A stretch of 64,000 nucleotides of DNA from Pelagomonas calceolata (Eukaryota), in NCBI GenBank assembly GCA_918797485.1, contig CAKKNE010000005.1, forward strand, positions 744,001-808,000. Direction: 5' to 3'. Below the pieces are notes generated by a model that was given only the letters and a program-made list of their open reading frames with translations, did no database searches and had not been told where the DNA came from. Of the stretch, positions 20,168 through 29,810 are shown one piece after another (the stretch's first letter is position 1; the number at the start of each line of letters is the position of its first letter). The position numbers and the translations under genes are program-made.

Positions 20168-21357
20168 TGGAGGTCGAGCTCCCGCCGCGCGACCGCCCGC
20201 GGCCGGCCTCGCCGGTCCCGGAGGATTCAAGCTGCGCCTATGAGCTGACGCCGCCGGAGGACCCGCTGCCCTTCGAGGCTGGAGTACGGCAGCGCCTGGA
20301 GTACGCGCAGTCGTACCGCTCCGTACACCTGCGCGCGGCCGCGTCGCTCCACTGCTCGGTCGTCGCGTGGTGCGGCCTCTGGGATTTGGTGTCGTACTGT
20401 GGCCTCGCGGCGGTCTGGCGCGAGAGCGTCTCGCGCAACGTCTTCCTGATCATGGTAGGTGGGTTCTTTCAATGGTACCTCGACGTCCTGCACTCGAATG
20501 GCTTGATCCCTGGCAGCGGCGACGGTGGGGGCTTCCCTGACAAAAGTTGGCGGCGCGCGCTTGGGTCGTTTGCGTCTCAGACGATGTGCACCGCCGGTTT
20601 GTATAATTTGCTGGACGATCGCCTACCGCGAACGGCCGCGCGGGATGCTTATCTGGCACTTCTAGGCCTCGTCGTCGCGGCCGTCATCGACACGCTCTTC
20701 GCATATTGCGAGATGCGCGCGCGCCGGGATAGCGCCTACGCGCGCGCCGCCGCCGCCGAGACTTGCGAGCTTGGCACCGCGCCGATTCGCTCGACGCGGC
20801 GGGGCGAGTGGGACTTGAGATTGGGCGGGCGCGAGCCGCGGCCGAGACTGGTGCTCGCCATAGCCCTCGTGAGCCACGTCGCCCAGGTGTGCATCTGGAT
20901 CGGCTTCGACAACCTCTGGAACTACTGGCCCTACTCCGGCAGCGACCTCGACGACCACGTGGACTGCTTCTGGCAATGCCGCTTGGGCAAGCGCGAGTGG
21001 TACGACCAGCTGCCCGCCGTCGCGATCGGGTTGCTGCTGATGCTGTTCACGGGAACGCTTCTGATGTTCGGCTTCGCGGTGGACCGATTGGACCCGGACG
21101 CGTTTCCCCACGTGCGCGCTTGGCTGGAACCGCCTAGCGGCGCGCCATCAATGGCGAAGCTGTCGCTGGCGTTCCTCCGCTCCGTCGTAGCGATGGGCGC
21201 GTACTACGCGCACCTCTCCGCGTTCTGGTACCTCGTCGACGAGGACTGCGCCGGCGTCGTCGGTGGGCCGGACTCGGACGCACGGAACTTGGCCTACGTC
21301 GTTCTAGGCTTGGCGGCGCTCTACTCGACGGGGTGCTTCTGGAACGATACTATGTAG
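20167..21357 (+). CDS. Multi-pass membrane protein, Fuseless-like
   Basis: About 8 hydrophobic segments with repeated W.G.W.L.D-type motifs (VAWCGLWDLV, GLYNLLD, WIGFDNL, FWYLVD). Confidence 0.65.
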   Translation: MEVELPPRDRPRPASPVPEDSSCAYELTPPEDPLPFEAGVRQRLEYAQSYRSVHLRAAASLHCSVVAWCGLWDLVSYCGLAAVWRESVSRNVFLIMVGGFFQWYLDVLHSNGLIPGSGDGGGFPDKSWRRALGSFASQTMCTAGLYNLLDDRLPRTAARDAYLALLGLVVAAVIDTLFAYCEMRARRDSAYARAAAAETCELGTAPIRSTRRGEWDLRLGGREPRPRLVLAIALVSHVAQVCIWIGFDNLWNYWPYSGSDLDDHVDCFWQCRLGKREWYDQLPAVAIGLLLMLFTGTLLMFGFAVDRLDPDAFPHVRAWLEPPSGAPSMAKLSLAFLRSVVAMGAYYAHLSAFWYLVDEDCAGVVGGPDSDARNLAYVVLGLAALYSTGCFWNDTM

Positions 21358-21625
21358 TAAGATTCTTTCTGGGTTTCTTGTTGTTTTCTATCCGATATAT
21401 AGCGTCGATAGGCGTCCGCTCGCCGCTCGCTCCGCCGCTCAACCAACGGGTTTTTCCAGGCAATATCAGCCGGGTCTGTCAGTCTGCCCGCGGACCTGGA
21501 AATTGACAGGGCTCTCTACGACCCCCGCTGACGCGCCGCGCTAGAAACTATACGTTTAGAGGACCACAAGGCTCCCCACAAGCAAATTTCTGATCACTAG
21601 GAATCATCCAAAGCCAGCGCGTAAC

Positions 21626-22442
21626 ATGACCTGGCGCCACCCCTCGATCACGTACGGCGCGGTCGACCAGGAGGCTCGCGACTCGACGCCGCCGGGCCGC
21701 CGCCGCGCCGCGGGCTGGGTCGCGACGATCATCGGCGTCGGCCTCGTCGCGAGCGCCCTCTCGCTAGCGCTGGGTGGCGGCGGGCTCGCGCTGAAGGCCG
21801 CGGCGGCCCTCGTCCTCGAGCTACGCATGGCCCGGCCCGCCTCGCACCATCCGCCCACGCCCCACGGCCCTCCGCGTCCCGTCGGCTACTGTTGCACGGC
21901 GGCGTCGGTCACGGTCGGTGGCACCCAGCGGAGCGCGCATCGGGACGCGGGGCCACGCGTGCAATGCATGCGTGCTCGTCACCGACGAGTCCTATCCCAG
22001 AAAGTGCCACTACAGCAAAAGTAGGTGCCAGGACCCGGCGTGCGGGAGCGGCCGGTTCTGCGCGGGGACGTACAAGGGAGACGCTCCGCCGCCGCCGCCG
22101 CCGGGCGGGACTACTGACGGCGTCGCGGAGGTCGAGACGGCGATACCGGCGCTCACGACGGGGTGCCGGTCCGACGCTGATTGTACCTTCCCGCAAGTGT
22201 GTGTTTTGCGTTCTGATGGGCCGGGAACCTGTGGTGGGTGGGAGCCTGGCGCGTGTGTGCCTGCATGCGTCCACCCATTTATTTGCCACTTAGGGCACTG
22301 CCTCGGAGGCGTCGAGGAGTCGAGCGCGGAAAACACCATGATGAATATGAACAGCGTCACGGTCACAAACAAGGAGATCATTGACAATATCCGTACTATG
22401 ATTCCTACAAAAAAGGCACCCGAGCACATGAAGTATACGTAG
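21626..22442 (+). CDS. Membrane-anchored cysteine-rich protein; frame change near 21900-21960 unresolved
   Basis: ORF 21626-22024 has an ATG and a TM segment. The overlapping ORF 21918-22442 carries the Cys-rich part (CRSDADCTFPQVC). Confidence 0.45.
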
Positions 22443-22465
22443 GAGGCCTAAGACACTCGAGGAAG

Positions 22466-24028
22466 CTAGTTACTCGGCTGCTCCTTCGGCGCCGCGAAGG
22501 AGAACGGCCCGAACTGCTCGCTGTTCAATGTTGAACGCGACTCGTAGTACTCCTGGAGCGCGTTCTTGACGTCGTTCTTGCCGATCAAAGCGGCGCCGCG
22601 CCGCGCGGCCCGGATCGCGGCCTCGTTGATGATCGCCGCCAAATCGGCGCCCACGAGGCCGCGCGTCTCCTTCGCCAATGATGAAAGGTCCACGTCCGAG
22701 CCGAGCGCGACCTTCCGCGCGTGAACTCTTAAAATCTGCTCCCTCCCTACTAAATCGGGCGGCGGCACCTTCACCACCCGGTCGAAGCGCCCCGGTCGTA
22801 CTAACGCCGGGTCCAGGACGTTCAATCTATTTGTTGCCGCCAATACGACGACACCAGTATTCGGGTCGACGCCGTCCATGCACGCCAGGAGTTGGTTCAG
22901 CGTCTGTTCCAATTCATCATTCGCGTTGCCCACCGCGAAGTTCGACTCCCGCCGCCTTCGACCGAGCGCATCTATTTCATCGATGAACACGACACATGGG
23001 GCTATTTTTCCTGCTCTCTCAAAGAGCTGCCTCACGCGAGCCGCACCTCGCCCCACGAACATCTCGACGAACTCCGAGCCGGAACAAGAAATGAAGGGCC
23101 GCTCGGCGGCCTGCGCTAGTGCACGAGCTAATAGTGTTTTGCCCGTGCCCGGGGGCCCCACCAACAACACCCCTCGGGGCGGTCGCGCCCCGACCGCAAG
23201 ATACCGCTTCGCCGACTCCTGTGACGACAACGCCACGAGCTCGGCGACCTCGCGCTTCGCGGCGTCGATGCCCGCGACACTGTCAAAAGTGACGACCTCT
23301 TTGTCGACGCGCGGGAGCTGCTTCCGCCTCCTTCCTACATTGCCGATGCCGCCGCCCGTCATCTGCCTCGCGACTCGTCCCAGCGCCGTCAAGTACCCAA
23401 TAGCAATCAACCAGACGACGGCCGACGCCGGCGACGCCCGCGGCCGCGCGCGCCTCCACTCGACCCCGCTCCGGAGCATCTTCGACGCCAAGGACCCGGG
23501 CACCTCCGCCGGCACCGTGTACTTGCGCATGCCATTCATCAAAAAGTCGTACCTTGAGGAGGACACGAGGACCTCACTGATAGCGCCTTTTCGTTCGATC
23601 GACCGCAAAAACTGGCTCCACGGCACTTCTTCCACGGCTAGTAATTCTGCTCTCCTCAGAGCCGATGCCGCGCGGGCCTTCCGCGTCAACACGGCGAAGA
23701 GCAAGATGGCCGCCAAACTGCACACTTTTCTCCCTCGGTCCGTCCGCGCGAAGGCGCGCGCTCTTAGGTAGTACAACTTGATGCGCGCGGCGACGACAAG
23801 GACCCACTTCGTCACCTTCGCCTGGAACTCCTTCAAGGCCTTCCGGAAGTCGTCTCCTTTTTCATTCCAGGGGCTGTTCGTGTTCGTCTCTTGCAAAGCG
23901 CGCGTCTTGCCGGCGAGGGGTTGCGTTCGTCGTGGGGCGCCGACGCGGCACGTCGTTGCGAGTGGTCGGAGGCGCGGCGGCGGCGTGACGAGGGCCGCGG
24001 CCGTCGCGCAGACGAGCAGCCACCTCAT
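22466..24028 (-). CDS. FtsH-like AAA+ ATPase lacking the M41 protease domain, with targeting presequence
   Basis: TFDSVAG, Walker A GPPGTGKT, SGSEFVEMFVGRGAARVR, Walker B FIDEID and SRH DPALVRPGRFDR. The ORF ends shortly after the AAA lid with no HEXXH. Confidence 0.85.
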   Translation of the reverse strand: MRWLLVCATAAALVTPPPRLRPLATTCRVGAPRRTQPLAGKTRALQETNTNSPWNEKGDDFRKALKEFQAKVTKWVLVVAARIKLYYLRARAFARTDRGRKVCSLAAILLFAVLTRKARAASALRRAELLAVEEVPWSQFLRSIERKGAISEVLVSSSRYDFLMNGMRKYTVPAEVPGSLASKMLRSGVEWRRARPRASPASAVVWLIAIGYLTALGRVARQMTGGGIGNVGRRRKQLPRVDKEVVTFDSVAGIDAAKREVAELVALSSQESAKRYLAVGARPPRGVLLVGPPGTGKTLLARALAQAAERPFISCSGSEFVEMFVGRGAARVRQLFERAGKIAPCVVFIDEIDALGRRRRESNFAVGNANDELEQTLNQLLACMDGVDPNTGVVVLAATNRLNVLDPALVRPGRFDRVVKVPPPDLVGREQILRVHARKVALGSDVDLSSLAKETRGLVGADLAAIINEAAIRAARRGAALIGKNDVKNALQEYYESRSTLNSEQFGPFSFAAPKEQPSN

Positions 24029-24135
24029 TTGCCTCTTTGCTTTGCTCACGGCTGCTGCTTCTCGTCAGGCTCGCTACGCTACGCGTTTGGTATGTTATGT
24101 AAGCAACACACACACGTATTACTGCTCAAGCTGCC

Positions 24136-24183
24136 AGCACACCGGCGCCGCGCTGTTGAAGCACACCGGCGCCGCGCTGTTGA
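24136..24183. repeat. 24-bp tandem duplication
   Basis: AGCACACCGGCGCCGCGCTGTTGA x2. Confidence 0.9.
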
Positions 24184-24455
24184 GGCAGGCTGCTATGCTA
24201 GCGTGCAATGAGACACTCTAGCAATCACACAATGCCATATTTTTTTTGCGACGCGGCCGTAAGGCACTAGCAAGCGACTTACGAATGAAAAGCGCGGCGC
24301 TACGATTTGTATTATATATATTGGACGATAGATCTGTGAAGACGCCGCGGGTAACGAAGTGTGGACCCTGGCTCATCTCTAGAGCTCATTGGGCAAACCA
24401 CTTGACCTGAGCCGCACTCTGACCTGAGCCGCCACAGTGCGCATTAATTGACGCG

Positions 24456-24593
24456 ATGCGGCGCGCTCTTCTCCTATTAGCCGTGCTCGCGACGACCATC
24501 ACCACGACGCGCGCCGCGCTTGGCCGCGTCGCCAACGTCCCGAACGCGCCGGCGGGGGGGGTATACATGCGGCACTTCCGGTCGCTGCCCTAA
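24456..24593 (+). CDS. Candidate 45-aa secreted micropeptide
   Basis: MRRALLLLAVLATTITTTRAALGRVANVPNAPAGGVYMRHFRSLP*; a partial CTAG-box lies upstream at 24253-24270. Confidence 0.3.
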   Translation: MRRALLLLAVLATTITTTRAALGRVANVPNAPAGGVYMRHFRSLP

Positions 24594-24670
24594 ATAAGAG
24601 TATCCTATGCCGCCGACTCGCCTACGAGTGCCCGTCGGCCTGTGCGGGGCAAAGCGCTTCCAGGCCCTTG

Positions 24671-24691
24671 CTAGCGGCAGTAAGACACTAG
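24671..24691 (-). promoter_or_regulatory. CTAG-box copy
   Basis: + strand CTAGCGGCAGTAAGACACTAG followed by CAAGC. Confidence 0.65.
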
Positions 24692-24938
24692 CAAGCAGTG
24701 GGCTCAAGTGTGTGGCTCTGACCCGATCTGCACGCCCTACTGCGTCGTAAATATAAGAGTTGCGAGCCTCACGAACACCTTCTATATTCACTTCAACCAT
24801 CTGCGGCTACGGTGTCTGGCGACGTGGTCCCTCGGCTGCGTTTGCTCTCCCTGTTGCTGGAGAGCTACTTTGGTTCGCGCCGCGACGCGCCGCTGAAACG
24901 AGTTTATGATCTCGCGCAGGCACGTGACCGAAAGCACA

Positions 24939-25442
24939 ATGCGGCTCGCACTCATCGTGGCGACGGCGACGGCGTTCGCGCCCGCGCGGCAGCCGCGGCG
25001 AACCGTCGTCCGGGCGTGGCCCTGGGAGAAGGACGACGCGCCGGCGCCCGCGCCGGCGCCGCCGGCGAAGCCGGCGAACCCCTTCGAGAGCTTGTTCGGC
25101 GGCGGCGCGAAACCGGCGCCGGCGCCGACGCGTGCGCCGCCGCCGCCCGCTGCCCGCGCGCCGCCGCCCCAGAAGAAGTCGGGCAGCATGTTCAACACGG
25201 ACCCCTTCGGCACGGCCGGCGGCGGCTCCTACGTGCCCGCGGGCATGTCCAAAGCCGAATACGACCGCATCCAGGCCGAGGGTGCGGCCAAGAAAGCGGC
25301 GAACCGCAACCGCAAGCGCGGCAGCAACATGTCGCTCGCCGAGGCGCAGCGCACGGGCTACAAGACCTTCGTCTCGCTCAAGGGCGACGCGACGGCGAAG
25401 GAGTCCAAGAAGGGCTGGCTCAACCCCTTCTCCGACGAGTAG
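24939..25442 (+). CDS. Hypothetical plastid-targeted Pro/Ala-rich protein
   Basis: MRLALIVATATA-FAP matches the stramenopile ASAFAP bipartite presequence pattern. Confidence 0.75.
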   Translation: MRLALIVATATAFAPARQPRRTVVRAWPWEKDDAPAPAPAPPAKPANPFESLFGGGAKPAPAPTRAPPPPAARAPPPQKKSGSMFNTDPFGTAGGGSYVPAGMSKAEYDRIQAEGAAKKAANRNRKRGSNMSLAEAQRTGYKTFVSLKGDATAKESKKGWLNPFSDE

Positions 25443-25538
25443 GCCCGCGTAAGCTCACAGTACAACAAAGTTAGCCCGGGGCGACGCACGAGCAGCCTTC
25501 CGGGTACGGGGGTGTCGCGCGAAGCGGCCAGGGGCGTG

Positions 25539-26330
25539 CTACGCCAGGACGCAGCACGCCGACTCGTTTCGCACGCACCGGTCCCGCGCCCGCGCGGTCG
25601 ACCGCCACAACACCAACGCGTGGAGGAAGTCGTTCCTATCCAAGGTGTCGCCGTCGGAGGCGACGCGCCCCAGAATGTCCGCGGCCGTCGCCTCATCGAC
25701 GTCCTGCGCGCCGCTCGACGGGTGGCGCCGCTCCCGGTCCGCGGCGAACTTGCGCTCGGCGACCGTGAGGGCCGTCTGCAGCTGGGACGCGTCGATGCGC
25801 GCGCCGCCGCGGCACGCGGTCCAGCACTTCTTTATCAAATCCCGCTGCTGCACGAAGTCGCGGTAGCGGCGGGCGACGGCGACGGCGTGGTGCCGCGGAA
25901 TCAACAAAACGCCGGCGGCGTCCCGCGGCGTCGCGAGCGGCGTCGCCTCCTCTACAACAGCGACGGGCGGCGGCGCGGGCGGCGGCGCGTCGGCGTCCTC
26001 CTCGGATACGTCGTCCAGGTCCACCGCCGCCTCGTGCGGGTCCTCGTCCACAAGCGCCTCGGGCGCGCGCCGCGCCAGCCGCCGGCACTCCGCGAAGGCC
26101 GCATCAACAGCCTCGCCGTCCAGCGGTCCGAGCTGCGGGAAGACCTCGCCGACCATGGCCCCGAACGCCGCGCGGTCGCAGCCATTCGCGCAGCGCCGGT
26201 CGAACGCCACGAGGATTTTCGCGACCTCGGCGCCCTGCCGGTCCGTCCGCCGCCGCTGGCGCCGGCGGGCCTGCACTTCTCGAAAGTTCCCGAAGGCGCC
26301 CTTGGGCATCTCATCTTCTTTTTTGAACAT
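25539..26330 (-). CDS. Hypothetical EF-hand-like protein with CaaX tail
   Basis: Start MFKKEDEMPKG; degenerate EF-like loops (ASDGDTLDRNDF); ends ACCVLA*. Confidence 0.55.
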   Translation of the reverse strand: MFKKEDEMPKGAFGNFREVQARRRQRRRTDRQGAEVAKILVAFDRRCANGCDRAAFGAMVGEVFPQLGPLDGEAVDAAFAECRRLARRAPEALVDEDPHEAAVDLDDVSEEDADAPPPAPPPVAVVEEATPLATPRDAAGVLLIPRHHAVAVARRYRDFVQQRDLIKKCWTACRGGARIDASQLQTALTVAERKFAADRERRHPSSGAQDVDEATAADILGRVASDGDTLDRNDFLHALVLWRSTARARDRCVRNESACCVLA

Positions 26331-26512
26331 GGTTCTGGTGCTCCTTTGCTGTGAGAGGGGCTGCCCAGAGTGCTGCCCCACGGGCCGACGCGAACGTGTG
26401 CGATCCTCAACAGCGAAGCTGCCTCTACCTACCAGATTAGCGGCTGTGAACGCCGCAGCTGCTGCGGTTGCGCGTGGCAATGGAGCTGCGCGCTGCGCGC
26501 ACAAAAGCCGGC

Positions 26513-26532
26513 CTAGTGTCCGTCTACGCTAG
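26513..26532 (+). promoter_or_regulatory. CTAG-box, degenerate copy
   Basis: CTAGTGTCCGTCTACGCTAG, upstream of the minus-strand gene starting at 26330. Confidence 0.4.
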
Positions 26533-27139
26533 CAAAGGGTTGTTGGTCGCCCGCCCCAGGACTTCGCGGAGGCGCTTTCTGAGGTGCAGGCGGCGGTGCA
26601 AGCCGACGACGCGGCGGGGGCGCTCGCGGGGTGCCGGCATGGTGCCGGCGCCTCGTCGTGGCGTACGACAACCTGGCGGGGCGCGTCGACGACGCCGCGG
26701 CGCGGGCGCTGCATTCGCTCGTTGAGCCGGTGCTTGGGTTGGTGCGGAGGGCGAAGTTGTTGTGTGTAGAAACGACGGGTTTTGTGTTTTTTGTAGCTCA
26801 GCTCGCCTCGGGGGCCCCTGCTCGCGAGATTGGCCTTGCGCGCTGTCGAATAGACTTTTCTTTTATTGAGTTGCCAGGGGCGGCGACGTCTCAAAAGGTG
26901 CTCAGCCCTAAGTCTCAGAGTTGCACCAGTTTTATCACCTGGATGTGTGAAAAAAGCAAACGATGTGACATGAAACGATTCTGGCGGTTGACCTAGCTTT
27001 CTCTCGGCAATCCAACATAAGCGGCCGCGCGACGTCGGAGCGCAGGGCCGCATCGTCGCGCAGGCGTAAGATTATTGAATGTGAGTCCCCATCTATTATA
27101 TACCAACCCGCGTCTTACTCCGGAGCGCCTAGCGGACTC

Positions 27140-28552
27140 CTAGTCCTTCTTCGCCGTCGACGCCGCGATGTGCTTGCGGACCTTCTTGGTGACGTGCGAC
27201 GTGAGCATGCGGTCGTACCAGGCGCTGCCCAGGTAGAGCGAGAAGACGAGGCCCGCGAGCGCGAAGAACAGGTGCACGTAGATGTACGTCATGCAGAGCG
27301 CCGACGACACGAAGCTCAGGTGGCAGGCGAACGCGTGGAAGACCATGTACTTCATCGTCGCCGCGACGGACGCCGCGTCGTCCAACGCTTCAGTGGGCGT
27401 CGCACCGAGCTTCGTGCCGCGCGGCGGCGTGCGCACGCCGCAATTCGCGCCCGCGACGCTGTCGGTCAGCATCAACCGCAGATAGATCGTGTCGCGGCCC
27501 GTGCGCTCCGGCGACTGGAAGCGGCCGTGCGCGAGCATCCAGAGCGTGAACGGGATCCACCAGGCAAAGTACGTCGCCGACGCGAGGGCCATCAGCGCGC
27601 CGAAGCCCATGCCCTCGCCGCGGAGCTCTGCGGCGACGAGCGAGTCGAAGTCTGTGTGGAAATCAACCAGTGCGTCAATGGCGTGGAGGACGACGCGACG
27701 AACGCGCCGTAAAATTTTGATTTCCACACCGGACTTCGACGCCCCGGGTAGGCCGCCGCGAGCCGGTCGGGCGCCCAGCGCAGCGACAGCGTCGTGAAGA
27801 CGGGCCAGAGGTGGATCCAGGTGTTCGCGTAGTTGGCGATGTCGTGCAGGACCATTTTACACGGTAAAACGAAGACGCTCCATCCGAGGGGACCCGTCGC
27901 GATGAGGCTAGCGATCAGGCCCGCCGTCGGCGCCTGAGAGACGGCGCGGGCGTTGAGAGCGCCGACGCGTCGTGATCCAAGAAAACGCTCCTCGAGGACC
28001 TCCACCAGCACGGCCATGAAACTAAAAGCGAGCATGAAGTTCGCGATCCAGCACAGATCGAGGTAGTACAACATCATGCCCGGTTGCGTCGGCGTGCCCT
28101 TGCTGATCGCCCACGAGTGGCCTGTGCGGAAATCAAAAGTTCGGGTGAGTAAGCCTAAGACGCCTCGTGCGAGGACGCCAAGCACTCTCGCACGGCGTCG
28201 AGGCGGCCACAATAGTAAATAATACCTCCAGGCCGGCCTGACGCACTGGTTGATTTCCGCACTGCGAGTGGCGGATGCGCAATCCAATAATGAAGAGCGC
28301 CTGGAGGGCGTAGACGAGCCAGAACGACTCCGTGCACGCTCCTAACAAAAACGCGCTGAGGATGAGGTTCGCGAGGCCGAGAAAGAACGTGAACCGCGAC
28401 ATGCCCTTCGTGTGCTCGGAATCGGTTTCGCGCTCGACGACGTCGAGGACGCTTTGTAGAGCATCGCGTTCGACGGTGGAGAGCGTGCGCTGCACGCGGC
28501 GCCGCGGCGGCTCCTCGCGCGCGCTCGCGTCGGAGAACGATACCGACGACAT
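27140..28552 (-). CDS. GPC1: Glycerophosphocholine acyltransferase Gpc1 (DUF2838)-like; exons 28552-28273, 28121-27741, 27651-27140
   Basis: YYLDLCWIAN, GPLGWS and MVLHD...TWIHLWP resemble Gpc1 motifs. Three ORF pieces join in frame after removing two TIR-bounded introns. Confidence 0.7.
27652..27740 (-). mobile_element. Introner-type element forming a GT-AG intron (89 nt) with inverted 8-bp flank
   Basis: + strand: GTCGAAGT|CTGTGTGGAAATCAA...TTGATTTCCACACCGG-ACTTCGAC. Splicing gives YPG-H-FDSL. Confidence 0.85.
28122..28272 (-). mobile_element. Introner-type element forming a GC-AG intron (151 nt), 15-bp TIR and perfect 8-bp TSD
   Basis: + strand: CGAGTGGC|CTGTGCGGAAATCAA...TTGATTTCCGCACTG|CGAGTGGC (TSD at 28114-28121 and 28265-28272). 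Splicing restores RIRHSWAIS. Confidence 0.92.
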
Positions 28553-28781
28553 GCTTGGCCGGCGGTCGCGGGCGGCGCTCTGCTCAGGGAGATTGCACCC
28601 CAGGCTGGTTTTGGCTGAGTCCTCGCTCGGCTCGCAGTGGGATCCGCCGGCGGCGAGCGGTCGCTTATGAAGCCGGTCTCTTTTGGCGCCAAGCGAGCGA
28701 GAGGAAACCGATCGTAGGCTGAAAATGCCTGCAAAAACCCGTTTTTTTGGGACAGTACTCACACACCCCTCCCCCACGCCG

Positions 28782-29414
28782 TCACCGCGTCTTCGATGGA
28801 GATGCCGCGCCCTCGACGCGCGCGTCGCCCGCGCTCGCCGACAAGATGACGTTCCAGATGAAACCCATGGCGCACGTGTAGGGCACCTGCCACTCGTTTG
28901 GGAGGAGGCAGAACTGGAGGAAGTTCGCGGGGATCCAGAACTTCCAGTTTCTGATGCATAGCGTGGTAAATTGCGCCTTCGCTCGCGCCAACGACGCGTC
29001 CGCATCCAGGTTCTGGACGTAGCCCGTAATCCCAAAAAACAGGGGGTAGTAGACAATCGGGATGACCGTGAGCTGGTTGAAGAGCGTGCACTCCGCCGCG
29101 GCTAATATATTCGTATCAAAAGATAGGACCTGCCCGAGCACGTCGCCGTGGCAATGGTCGATAATCCACGGCAGCAACGGCGTCTGGAAGCCTCCCCTAT
29201 AAGCGGCATCGAACGCGACGAAGGAGAGGCCGCGCTTCGCGTCGTAGACGACGTTGTTCCGCTGCGCGACGGCGTCGCCGGCGGCCGCGAGGGCGCCGGC
29301 CGTGGCGATGTTTGTTGTGAGCGGGTGTTCGACCAAGAGCTGGGCGTATCCGTCGAATACGAACGACGCGGCCGAGCTGATGCAGAGGCTGCGCGCTAGA
29401 GTGCGGGCGCGCAT
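28782..29414 (-). CDS. Mpv17/PMP22 family membrane protein
   Basis: HPLTTNIATAGALAAAGDAVAQ, FNQ..VIP and NWKFWIPANFLQF. Confidence 0.9.
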   Translation of the reverse strand: MRARTLARSLCISSAASFVFDGYAQLLVEHPLTTNIATAGALAAAGDAVAQRNNVVYDAKRGLSFVAFDAAYRGGFQTPLLPWIIDHCHGDVLGQVLSFDTNILAAAECTLFNQLTVIPIVYYPLFFGITGYVQNLDADASLARAKAQFTTLCIRNWKFWIPANFLQFCLLPNEWQVPYTCAMGFIWNVILSASAGDARVEGAASPSKTR

Positions 29415-29718
29415 TGCGTCGTCAGTGAGCGTGTGTCTCGCAGTATGTACAAGGCGGCGCGATGATCTGCAGCAATTCGATAACATGCACACACTCGTCG
29501 TCGATAACGTATCGATCACGATCGCTGTCGACGATGTGCGAGTTGTAATGATGCGTCACCCCCGGACAGTGCAATGTGCAATTGCAATGCTGCACCCGTG
29601 GCGAGGAATCGATCACGATCGCTGTCGATCAGTGTAAATACGTCACGAACTGCGGCTGTGATGCGTATCGCAACACGTCGACGTCGTGCGTGGCTGCGTC
29701 GCGCGATGCTGCGATTAT

Positions 29719-29740
29719 CTAGCGGCTTGTTAGACACTAG
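29719..29740 (-). promoter_or_regulatory. CTAG-box copy
   Basis: + strand CTAGCGGCTTGTTAGACACTAG. Confidence 0.65.
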
Positions 29741-29752
29741 CAGTTATTACAC

Positions 29753-29797
29753 GTGTCTCCCCCCAGGGCCTCCGCCCACTGTCCTAGCACCGTAACA
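29753..29797. repeat. Dispersed intergenic repeat B, copy 2
   Basis: GTGTCTCC(C)nAGGGCCTCCGCCCACTGTCCTAGCACCGTAACA, just beyond the GDH stop codon. Confidence 0.8.
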
Positions 29798-29810
29798 ATA
29801 GGGGCCATAA

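Noticed and set aside
26631..26996. 121-aa plus-strand ORF in a spacer
   Set aside because: Non-ATG start, no recognisable motif, and AT-rich non-coding-like 3' half.
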